A stretch of DNA of 64,000 bases from Blastocladiella emersonii ATCC 22665 (lineage: Eukaryota; Fungi; Blastocladiomycota), in NCBI GenBank assembly GCA_025594325.1, contig JANHCV010000005.1, positions 62,001 through 126,000 on the forward strand, written 5' to 3'. Position numbers and translations under genes: made by a program. The number at the start of each line of letters is the position of its first letter. Within the stretch, counting starts at the first letter, position 1. Below, one piece after another: positions 12,171 to 21,770 of the stretch. Below the pieces are notes generated by a model that worked only from the letters and a program-made list of their open reading frames with translations, was not told the origin of the DNA and made no database searches.

Positions 12171-12608
12171 GGCTGCTAGGGCTGGTGCTGCGGTCTATGT
12201 CGGAGTCGATTGTTCAGGCAATGTGCAAGAGAAGGTTTCATGGGCTGGCCGTTCGAAGCCGAGTTGGGAGTGGGGAGAGCGAGAAGCGCGGGCGGCGAGG
12301 TCGGCGGCGATGTCGCGTCTCCGCCTGCCGGGTCGCGCCGCCGCCACCTTGGAGCAGCGCCACCCGCCGGCCACGCTGGCCATGCAAGGCGATGACAAGC
12401 GCGAGTGCGGATCAAACGAGAACAACTGCGAACCAAACGAGGAGTATTACATGAACGAGAGGGAAACCAAAAAACACGAGAGGAATCACACGAAAGCTAC
12501 TACGACTATTACGACGACGACGCTGCTACGACTTGGGGCTGCTGCCGCTGCTGCTGCTGCTGCGAGAGCTCGATCCCCTTGTACTGCCCAAGAACGATCG
12601 GCTACGGC

Positions 12609-14676
12609 TTAGTTCTTGGACTTCTTCTGCTTGCCACCGGCGGGGGCGGCCTCCTTCTCCTTCTTGGCCTTCTCGCGACGGCCGCCCTTGGCGTCCTCGG
12701 CGGGCTTCTCGACGGGCTCGGACGTGGCCGTGTCGACGAAGAAGTAGTTGCCGGCGAGCTTCTGCTCGCGGTCGAGCTGCGAGTCGAGCTTGTTGATGCG
12801 CGGGCGGAAGTTGGTCGGGTCGCGGCGGAACGTGATGTCGAGCGCCTTGAGGAACTTGTTCATGCCCGTCAGCATCGGCTGCGGCGCGTTGGCGTGCGCC
12901 TTGATACCGGGGGTACCCTCGTACACGATCACGCGGTCCGCGAGGTACGTGGCCATGATGAAGTCGTGCTCGACCAGGAACGCCGTCTTCTTGGCGTGCA
13001 GGATGAACCGCTTGATGACCTTGGCTGCGATGATACGCTGCTCCGAGTCGAGGTACGCCGACGGCTCGTCGATCAGGTAGATGTCGGCCGGCTTGCCGAG
13101 GCACAGGCAGATGGCCACGCGCTGCAGCTCACCACCCGACAGGTGCGTAACCTCCTGGTCGATGATGTTGTCGATGTTGAGGGGCTTGCACACGTCGGTC
13201 TGGAACTGCGGGTGGAGGAAGGCCGCGCGGATGCGCTTGACGAACAGCATGCGCACCGTGCCGGGGAACTTGGGCGCAATCGTCTGCGGCTTGTACGAAA
13301 CAGCCAGTTCAGGCACCTGGGTGTCGCCGTCAGCGGGCATGATGCCGGCCAGGAGCTTGATCTACACGCGTCGGACCAAAAGTCGAAAAGTCAGTTTTCG
13401 CCACCGACAACAACCAACAACCAGGAAAATTTACCAGGACCGACTTCCCCATGCCGTTGCGGCCGAGGAGGACAAGGATCTCCGAGTCGGTGAAGGAACC
13501 ACCGTCGACGGACAGGGAGAAGTCGCCCAGGGTCTTGGTCATGGCCGGGTACGCGAAGCGGCGCATGCGGTCGTGGCTGAACTCCTCGGCCGTCTCGGCG
13601 ATGCGGAACGTGAGCGATTCCTGGCGGAAACGCAGGTTCTCGGTGGGGATGTTGCCGTCGAGGAAAATGTTGATACCCTCGCGAACCGAGAACGGGAGCG
13701 TGACGACACCGTACACCGAGGGCATGCCGTACAGCACGCACACGAAGTCGGACAGGTAGTCGAGGACGGCAAGATCGTGCTCGACGACGATCACGTAGCG
13801 GTCCGAGCCGAGGAGCGAGCGGATCGCGCGCGACGCGTTGAGGCGCTGCTCGACGTCGAGGTACGACGACGGCTCGTCGAACATGTAGACCTGGGCGTCC
13901 TGCACGCACGCCATGGCGATGGCGAAGCGCTGCAGCTCACCACCCGAGAGGACCGAGATGGAGCGGTCGAGGAGCTTGCCGAGCTGGAGCAGGTCGAGGA
14001 GCATGTCCAGGTTGTCGAGCTCCTTCTTGGCGGCGAGGAGCTTCTCGACGGTGCCCGAGACCATGCGCGGGATGTTGTCGACGTACTGGGGCTTGATGAT
14101 GGCCTTGAGGTTCTCCTCGAGGATCTTGGTGAAGTAGTTCTGCAGCTCCGAGCCGCGGAAGTACTTGAGGATCTCGGGCCAGTCGGGCGGGTTGTCGTAC
14201 TTGCCGAGGTTGGGCTTCATCTTGCCGGCGAGGATGCGGAGGGCCGTCGACTATAGACCACACGCGCGCACAATCAGCGTCGTTTCGGGAGATCGAAGCT
14301 CGCGACACAACAGCGGACGATCACGCACCTTGCCGGTACCGTTGGAGCCGACGAGACCGAGGACCTGGCCGGGGCGCGGCACGGGCAGGCGGTGCAGCTT
14401 GAACGAGTTGGCCGAGTAGCGGTGGGTCGTGTCCTTCTCGAGGTTGGTCGGCAGGTTGATGATGTTGATGGCGCCGAACGGGCACTTCTTGGGGCAGATA
14501 CCGCAACCGATGCAGAGCTCCTCGGAGATGAAGGCGATCTTGGAGGTAGCGCCGACCTCGATACACAGCTTGCCCATGCGCACCACGGGGCACGACTTCT
14601 TGCACTCCTGGCGGCACTTCTTGGGCTTGCACTTGTCCTCGGACACGATGGCGATACGGGTGAGCTTGTCCGACAT
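12609..14676 (-). CDS. RLI1: ABCE1/Rli1 ribosome recycling Fe-S ATPase
   Basis: N-terminal Fe-S domain [15 protein letters not shown]...[13 protein letters not shown] and two NBDs with LSGGELQR and DEPS. Introns 14251-14328 and 13362-13434 join the three ORF pieces in frame. Confidence 0.98.
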
Positions 14677-15172
14677 GGTGGGCGAGAACGATCGGGGGGT
14701 CGGTGCGGCGGGTCGGTGGCGTTCGTGGGGCGGGACGGCGGCGCAGAGTTCCGTGGGCAGCGAGAGCGATGCCGTGCGGGTGTAGTGCAGGTACTAAGAG
14801 TTCCGTAGCAAAAGTGCCGTCGTGCGTCCAGCGAGGCGGCCTTAGGATCGGCGATCAAGTCGACGGGGACGCACGCGGCGGCCGGGGTGTGGCGGCAGGA
14901 GCGACCGAAAAAATGAGCGCGTATTTGCTCATGTGAGCGTCACGGCAACGGTTCCCATGCCGTTTCGCCCTAGTCGCCCACCTCAACCACCCGCGATCTA
15001 GCGCCCGAGCCGCACCATAGACTACATGCAATGAAAATATATTACGCCTTGCGCAATGAATCCTCGCTCTTCTTTTCTTGGCTCCTCCCCGACGAGCCGG
15101 GTCATCGCGAGCACACGCGCCGTCGGGGAACGCGAGCCAGCCAGGGTTGACGGGGACTACGACGAGCTTCGC

Positions 15173-15927
15173 TAGGAGGTGGGCACGAACACGCCGATGA
15201 GCACGTTATCGAGCTCGGACGTGTATTTGAACGTGTTGCCGCTGGCGGGATCGTGCAGGCGTCCGTTCAGTTCGAGCTGCTCCGCCCATTCCTTGCCCTT
15301 GGCCATGGCGTCTGGCTTGTAGACCCAGGAAAACAAGGACGTGTTATACCATCTTTCGAACGACTTGAACGACTCGAGCGCGGTTTGCGCGAGTTGGTGT
15401 TCCCCCCCCCCCCTCGACGCCGAGCCCGCAGTTCTTGAGCAACGTTTCGCGTTCGGGATAGTGCAGAAAGAAACGCGACGTCCACTTGACGCTATAGTCG
15501 GCCTTGATGGTGTCGTTTGGGATCGTGTCTTCGTCGCCGTTGATCTAGACGCGGTTGCCGTTGCACTGCCTGCAGTGGTACTTCCACGGCTTGTGCTCGC
15601 ACGTCAGCTGCCCGCCGCCGCACGCCGGGTCCATGCACGAGTGCTTGGGCCGATCGTGCACCGGGCAACACTTGCCCTTGCAGTCGCGTCGGTAGCGCAA
15701 CCGCCGGTACTTAAACAAACGCGGTACCCCTCGCCGCACTAATCGCATGACCGGACCTTGATGCCGTGAGGCTGGCAAACCTGACGGAAGACCTTGTTGA
15801 ACGCATACCGGCGGCATTGAAGGATCTCGGACTCGACGTAGAACGCGGCACCCTCACGCTTCATGGACCGTGGGATCTGGTTGCGGTGAGAGAATAAGTG
15901 CGACGAGGGAACGACGATGCCCTCCAT
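15173..15927 (-). pseudogene. Decayed gene with tandem C-x-H...CxxC-x-G repeats
   Basis: Stitched reading: ...CQPHGIKVRSCD*CGEGYRVC/..RDCKGKCCPVHDRPKHSCMDPACGGGQLTCEHKPWKYHCRQCNGNRV*INGDEDT...; in-frame TAG stops at 15739-15741 and 15545-15547, a frameshift near 15710 and another at the C12 run (15402-15413). Confidence 0.6.
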
Positions 15928-16445
15928 GATAGTAGGTGGTCGATTTGGCGCCCTTGGAGCGGTTGACGCCGTTGAGCTAGACGTGCGCGGCGCCCGTTGG
16001 CCGAGGTGCAGATCTAGTTGCGAAACGCCGCTGACTGTGGCGCTACCAGTCGCCGGCCTAAGACAATCGACTGCGGAATTATAGCGCCTGCTGGAACTTT
16101 TTTAACCTCCTGGACCTTGAGGTCTTCTTCGCACCCCGTCTCGACAGCCGCGGCATTGGCCTCCGCGAGAAGCGTTTGAACTTTTCAGCACTTTTGGTTC
16201 GCGTATACAACAATTGGATGTCTCGGCCTTAGCAGGCCGGACAAACTCTCAACAGGGCCGGGGGAGTCTACAGCCACAGGATCGGTTCCTGCGCTTGGCT
16301 TCAACCTTCTCAACCTCTGTTTCGAGTTTTGCTTCGGTTCACGGATAATTCAGCAGCTGTCACGCACGCACCAAGTTTTTTCGTTTTAAATCGAAGGGAG
16401 TGGAAGTTGTGAAGGCTTGGTGCGCTCAACAGGTGGTCGAGGCCA

Positions 16446-16465
16446 GACGCGACGCGACGCGACGC
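16446..16465. repeat. (GACGC)4 pentanucleotide repeat
   Basis: gacgcgacgcgacgcgacgc in the intergenic island. Confidence 0.9.
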
Positions 16466-17849
16466 GCCACAAGCGTGACCACGCCGCCGCCACACGCAGC
16501 ATTGGCCGCCGTGAAGTGTCGCTCTCGCGAGGGCGGATCAGGTTGAGTTAGACCTGCGTAATGAAGGCTACGGTGAGAAGAGATCCGATGCGTAATTCCT
16601 TGACGCGGACCAGGGTCGTGATCGTAATCGTGCTGCCATACTAGGGCGAGGCGAACGTCGTGACGTGCAAACGATCGCGGTACAAGGCAAGGCATAATGG
16701 CTCAGTCCATGGCCGTATTGAGTCTCCGTCATGAGAGGCGCCGGCCAGTTGCATGCAGTCAAACAGAAGCAGCGCTGGATCACCTGCACTTCAACATGCT
16801 CAGGTCCTGGGTCAGACCGAACTTCAAGCCGCGGGACCTGCGCGGCTCGCTGAGCATAGGCAGACTGATCCTCGTGAAGGTGAGAGTCCTGCCCTTGCTG
16901 CCCCGCCGGCACACGGTAAGCACCCGCGTGTATCCACTCGCGCTGCCCCTGGCCATCCGCTTCGAGCCCAGTCGCCGTGAGAACGGCCCAGGTTGGAGCA
17001 CAACTCGTGCGCTCGCCTTACTCTCTCCTCGTTGCGGTCGTTAGTGCGGTATCCGCAAAGGTTCGGCGAGTGACGCTTCAGGCACACGTCAGAACCCGGC
17101 CGCGCGAGCGCGGATCGCGTCCGACAGCAAGAGTCGCCTGAGGTGGATCCAAGATGCATGGTTCATGAAGCGTTGCTACATCATGTTCACGGCGTCGAAC
17201 GAGGTGCGCGAGGGGAGAGAGAGCGCGCGGCGGCGCGGTGCGGGGGCCTGTCAACGATCCGGCAGAACTCGGGCGCGTGACGAAACAGCGAGTGCGAACG
17301 GAAGCGAACGGCACGTGACGGGGCCCGTCCGCTCAGCGCAGAGTCTGCCGGCAGCTGCTGCCGTCGTCCCCGCGTCGGCCGCGCCTCCTCTCTCCGACAG
17401 TGATGCCCGCCGCTCGTCCTCGGCGCACCACAACGTAGCTCGTCCCACTCGGCGCATCCGACGCACCGCCCTCTGCCGCCGCCGCTGCCGCCGCCCAGCT
17501 CCGCCTCCTCGCGCGAGCCCCGACCGACCCACCGCCCGCTGTCGCCTCCAACTCGACGGCGACCTCCCCACCCTCCCGCGCCCGAGCCAGAGACATCGGC
17601 CCGCCGCCACCCGTTGCTACTTCCATCGACACTCGACTTGTCTTGTTCGGCGCGTTGAGCTCCGTCCCGCCGCCGCGAGTCACTCCTGCCCCCGCCATCA
17701 CCGAGTGCTGGCTGAGTGCGCCTCCACCCCTCGCCTCCTCCTCCTCCATTACCCGTACGTGCGCCGCACCGCGCTCGATCGCCGGACCCCCACGCCGATC
17801 GTCTGCTCACGCTCGCAACCGCACTTCTAGCATCCCCCCGTCCGCCACC

Positions 17850-20800
17850 ATGGACCCGCAGTCGCTCCTCGACTTCTCCTTGCCGCTCAACGTCGCGCTG
17901 TTCGACAATGTCGTCAACACCTTCTACCGCTCGCACGGCGCCGAGCAGCAGCAGGCCCAGCAGCTGCTGACCGCCTTCCAGGAGCACCCCGACGCCTGGA
18001 CCCGCGCCGACGCCATCCTCGAGCAGTCGGCCGTCATGCAGTCAAAGTACATTGCCCTGCAGATCCTCGAGCGCCTCGTCCAGATCCGCTGGAAGGTCAT
18101 GGCCCCCGACGCCCGCCTCGGCATCAAGAACTACATTGTCGCCAAGGTCATCTCCGTCTCCTCCAACGACGCCCTCTCGCGCGACAACCGCCAGTTCCTC
18201 GCCAAGCTCAACCTCGTCCTCGTCCAGATCCTCAAGCAGGACTGGCCCCACAACTGGCCAGACTTCATCCCCGAGCTCGTCCGCGCCTCGCGCACCAACG
18301 TGCCCCTCTGCGAGAACAACATGGCCATCCTCAAGCTGCTGTCCGAGGAGATCTTCGACTTCTCGGCCGAGGAGATGACCCAGACCAAGGCACGCACCCT
18401 CAAGCAGCAGATGTGCGGCGAGTTCTCCGAGGTCTTCTCGCTGTGCCTCGAGGTCCTGCAGGCCTCCAACTCGCCCTCGCTCGTCAAGGCCACCCTCGCC
18501 ACCCTCCTGCGCTTCCTCAACTGGATCCCGCTCGGCTACATTTTCCAGACCGAGCTCATCCCGCTCCTCACCTCGCGCTTCCTCGAGCCCGCCATGTTCC
18601 GCAACCTCACCCTCAAGTGCCTCACCGAGATCGCCGCCCTCGACGTGCCCGCCGGCTCCGACGCGGCGCCCGACCTCGCCGAGCCCTACACGGTCCTCTT
18701 CCGCAACACCATGGACGCCATCGCGCGCGCCGTGCCCGCCACCGCCAACTTCGCCGCCGCCTACGAGAACGGGTCCGACCAGGACCAGGAGTTTGTCCAG
18801 AACCTCGCCCAGTTCCTCGTCACCTTCCTCGCCAAGCACGCCGCCGTCGCCGAGCGCGCCATCCCCGACGCCGCCATCCTCGCCAACCAGTACGTGGTCA
18901 GCATCGCCTACGTCGACGACCGCGAGGTCTTCAAGGTGTGCCTCGAGTACTGGACCAAGTGGGTCGCCGACATGTACGAGGAGATGCAGCAGGCTGCCGG
19001 CAAGGTCGCCGCCGCCTCGGCCGCTGTCGGGAACGGCGCCGGCATCGGCCTGCTCAACCTCGGCACGCCCTCGGCCCCCGCCGCCGCACCCGCCGTCCCG
19101 CGCATCCGCAAGGACGTGTACGCGTCCATCCTGGTCCAGCTGCGCCGCGTCTCCATCGAGCGCATGGTCAAGCCCGAGGAGGTGCTCGTGGTCGAGAACG
19201 ACGACGGCCAGATTGTGCGCGAGGCCATGAAGGAGGTGGACACGATCGTGCTGTACAAGTCGATGCGCGAGGTGCTCGTGTACCTGACGCACCTCGACCC
19301 CTTCAACACCGAGGACATCATGCTCGAGAAGCTGCAGCGCCAGATCGACGGGTCCGAGTGGTCGTGGAGCAACCTCAACCAGCTGTGCTGGGCCGTCGGC
19401 AGCATCTCGGGCGCCATGTCCGAGGACCACGAGAAGAACTTCCTCGTCCAGGTCATCAAGGAGCTGCTCGGCCTCGTCGACCAGAAGAAGGGCAAGGACA
19501 ACAAGGCCGTGGTCGCCGCCAACATCATGTACGTGGTCGGCCAGTACCCGCGCTTCCTCAAGGCGCACTGGCGCTTCCTCAAGACGGTCGTCAAGAAGCT
19601 GTTCGAGTTCATGCACGAGCTGCACGAGGGCGTCCAGGACATGGCGTGCGACACGTACATCAAGATCGCGCAGAAGACGCGCAAGCACTTTGTCGTGCAG
19701 CAGCCCGGCGAGACCATGCCGTTCATTGACGAGATCCTGGCCCACCTCGGCGAGCACACGCAGGACCTGCAGCCGCAGCAGATCAGCGTCTTCTTCGAGG
19801 CCACGGGCCACCTCATTGCGGCGCAGCTCAACCGCCCCGTGCAGGAGCGGCTCGTGCACGACCTCATGGCGCTGCCCAACACGGCGTGGGACGCGATCAT
19901 GGCGCAGGCCGCCGGCGGCGCGCCCGTGCTCGACGACACGGACACGGTCAAGTCGCTCGCCAACGTGCTGCGCATCAACACGGCGGCGTGCTCGGCCATC
20001 GGCGCCGGGTTCCGCAAGCAGATCGAGAAGATCTACCTCGACATGCTCGGAATGTACCGCGCGGCCTCGGGCAGCATCCTGCGCTCGCTGCAGCATGACT
20101 CGGCGACGGGCTTCGCGCGCCCGCTGGTGCGCAGCCTGCGCGCCATCAAGAAGGAGTCGCTGCGCCTCGTCGAGACGTACACGGCGCGCGCCGCGCCCGA
20201 GGACCTCAACGTGCTCGCGACGGACATGGTGCCGCTGCTGCTCGACGCGTGCCTCGGCGACTACGCGGGCAACCCGCCGCAGACGCGCGACGCCGAGGTG
20301 CTGCACGTGATTGCCAGCATCGTCAACAAGCTGGGCCGGCTCATGAACTCGCAGGTCGGGCCGATCCTGCAGTCCGTGTTCGCGTGCACGCTCGAGATGA
20401 TCAACAAGGAGATGGTCGAGTACCCGGAGCACCGCACGGGCTTCTTCAAGCTGCTCGAGGCGCTGGTCAAGCACTGCTTCGACGCGATCGTGCTGCTGCC
20501 GGCGGACCTGTTCCAGCAGGTGATGAACTCGGTGATCTGGGGGTTCAAGCACACGATGCGCGACATTGGCAACCGGTCGCTGGTCATTGTCGAGGACCTG
20601 CTCGAGAACTTCTCCAAGGCGCCCGCGGACGTGGCCAACGCCTTCTACCAGCAGTACTACCTGCAGCTGCTGTCGGACGTGTTCTTTGTGCTCACGGACC
20701 GCGAGCACAAGGCCGGGTTCAGCAGCCAGACCAAGGTGCTCGCGCGGCTCATGTACATTGTGACGTCGGGCCAGCTGCAGGCGCCGCTCGCGCCCGCGGC

Positions 20801-21131
20801 GGCCAACGGCGGCGTGGCGGGCGAGCCCAACATCGCGTTCCTCCGCGGGCACCTCACGACGATGCTGCAGAACGCGTTCCCGCACGTGTCGCCCAAGGCG
20901 ATCAACGTCATCGTCGTGGGCCTGCTTGAGCTCAACGCGGACGCGGCCAAGTTCAAGCCGCACGTGCGCGACTTTTTGATCCAGCTCAAGGAGTACGTCG
21001 GCGACGCCGACGACTTGTACCTCGAGGAGCGCGAGCGCGAGATCGCCCAGCAGCGCCAGGCGCAGCTCCAGGCCGCGCTTCGGATCCCCGGCCTCGTCAA
21101 GCCAAGCGAGCAGGACGACGACGAAGATTAG
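17850..21131 (+). CDS. CRM1: Exportin-1 (CRM1/XPO1)
   Basis: MDPQSLLDFSLPLNVALFDNVVNTFY; FQEHPDAW; QILKQDWPHNW; MVKPEEVLVVENDDGQIVRE; GKDNKAVVAANIMYVVGQYPRFLKAHWRFLKTVVKKLFEFMHE. Intronless CDS, with a probable 5'UTR intron at 17755-17830. Confidence 0.98.
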   Translation: MDPQSLLDFSLPLNVALFDNVVNTFYRSHGAEQQQAQQLLTAFQEHPDAWTRADAILEQSAVMQSKYIALQILERLVQIRWKVMAPDARLGIKNYIVAKVISVSSNDALSRDNRQFLAKLNLVLVQILKQDWPHNWPDFIPELVRASRTNVPLCENNMAILKLLSEEIFDFSAEEMTQTKARTLKQQMCGEFSEVFSLCLEVLQASNSPSLVKATLATLLRFLNWIPLGYIFQTELIPLLTSRFLEPAMFRNLTLKCLTEIAALDVPAGSDAAPDLAEPYTVLFRNTMDAIARAVPATANFAAAYENGSDQDQEFVQNLAQFLVTFLAKHAAVAERAIPDAAILANQYVVSIAYVDDREVFKVCLEYWTKWVADMYEEMQQAAGKVAAASAAVGNGAGIGLLNLGTPSAPAAAPAVPRIRKDVYASILVQLRRVSIERMVKPEEVLVVENDDGQIVREAMKEVDTIVLYKSMREVLVYLTHLDPFNTEDIMLEKLQRQIDGSEWSWSNLNQLCWAVGSISGAMSEDHEKNFLVQVIKELLGLVDQKKGKDNKAVVAANIMYVVGQYPRFLKAHWRFLKTVVKKLFEFMHELHEGVQDMACDTYIKIAQKTRKHFVVQQPGETMPFIDEILAHLGEHTQDLQPQQISVFFEATGHLIAAQLNRPVQERLVHDLMALPNTAWDAIMAQAAGGAPVLDDTDTVKSLANVLRINTAACSAIGAGFRKQIEKIYLDMLGMYRAASGSILRSLQHDSATGFARPLVRSLRAIKKESLRLVETYTARAAPEDLNVLATDMVPLLLDACLGDYAGNPPQTRDAEVLHVIASIVNKLGRLMNSQVGPILQSVFACTLEMINKEMVEYPEHRTGFFKLLEALVKHCFDAIVLLPADLFQQVMNSVIWGFKHTMRDIGNRSLVIVEDLLENFSKAPADVANAFYQQYYLQLLSDVFFVLTDREHKAGFSSQTKVLARLMYIVTSGQLQAPLAPAAANGGVAGEPNIAFLRGHLTTMLQNAFPHVSPKAINVIVVGLLELNADAAKFKPHVRDFLIQLKEYVGDADDLYLEEREREIAQQRQAQLQAALRIPGLVKPSEQDDDED

Positions 21132-21770
21132 GTGGTGTCGTGTACGATGCGTGTGTGTGAATCGGTTTTGAGTATATCATCAGCAAGTACCTTATGGCAT
21201 CCCTCCCTTTGGCTCGGCTATGGTTCGTGTAAGGTTGGTTTGCACGCGCGCGGATCGGCGTTTCAACGCGCTGTGGTTGGCCGCGAACAACACGTCGGAT
21301 CAGTGCGCCCATCACGGCCGCGAGTCGCGCGCGAGCCGATGCAGCTCCTTCAACTTCGACCTCGGCCTCGATGGCCGCCGTGAGCGGACCCCGTTCCTGG
21401 ACCCGCGCGGCGTGCTCATTCCCATGGCCACGGCGATGACTCTCGTCGGGCGTGACCTCGCTTGCCTGCCCGTCTCCGTCGCGCGCGGGAGACCACCGCA
21501 CGCTCACGATGGTCATGGCCCACACATCATCGTCCTCGAAAGAGCGGGACACCCTGTCCCCAACCGATGATGGGATGGACAAGGGCCGAATTCGGTGGGT
21601 CCGCACGTTTTGCCACCGTCGGCCCTGGCCGCGGGTACAAAAGCGCTCCGCCGACCCGATCCCCGCTCTCTCCTCGGCCTCCATTGCATCACGAGCGATT
21701 ACACGGACCAAGTATGGATCAACTAGCGATGCTCCGCCGGCAAATGCTAACGGCGTTGATGTAGTCCACG

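Noticed and set aside
12405-12600. (GCT)n and (GAC)n runs and an associated ORF
   Set aside because: Simple repeats in the RLI1 3'UTR; the ORF is the antisense shadow of RLI1.
18042-20963. 973-aa antisense ORF opposite CRM1; similar long antisense or alternative-frame ORFs at 22767-26615, 26647-29334, 5244-6572, 41375-42748 and 58532-60289
   Set aside because: Shadow ORFs. Extreme GC3 bias in the real gene removes stop codons from the antisense frame; the translations are low-information, Arg/Gly/Val/His-rich and lack motifs.
21132-21770. Short ORFs between CRM1 and the ABCC gene
   Set aside because: No consistent codon bias or motifs. The region is best explained as CRM1 3'UTR plus the ABCC promoter and a 5'UTR intron (about 21712-21764).
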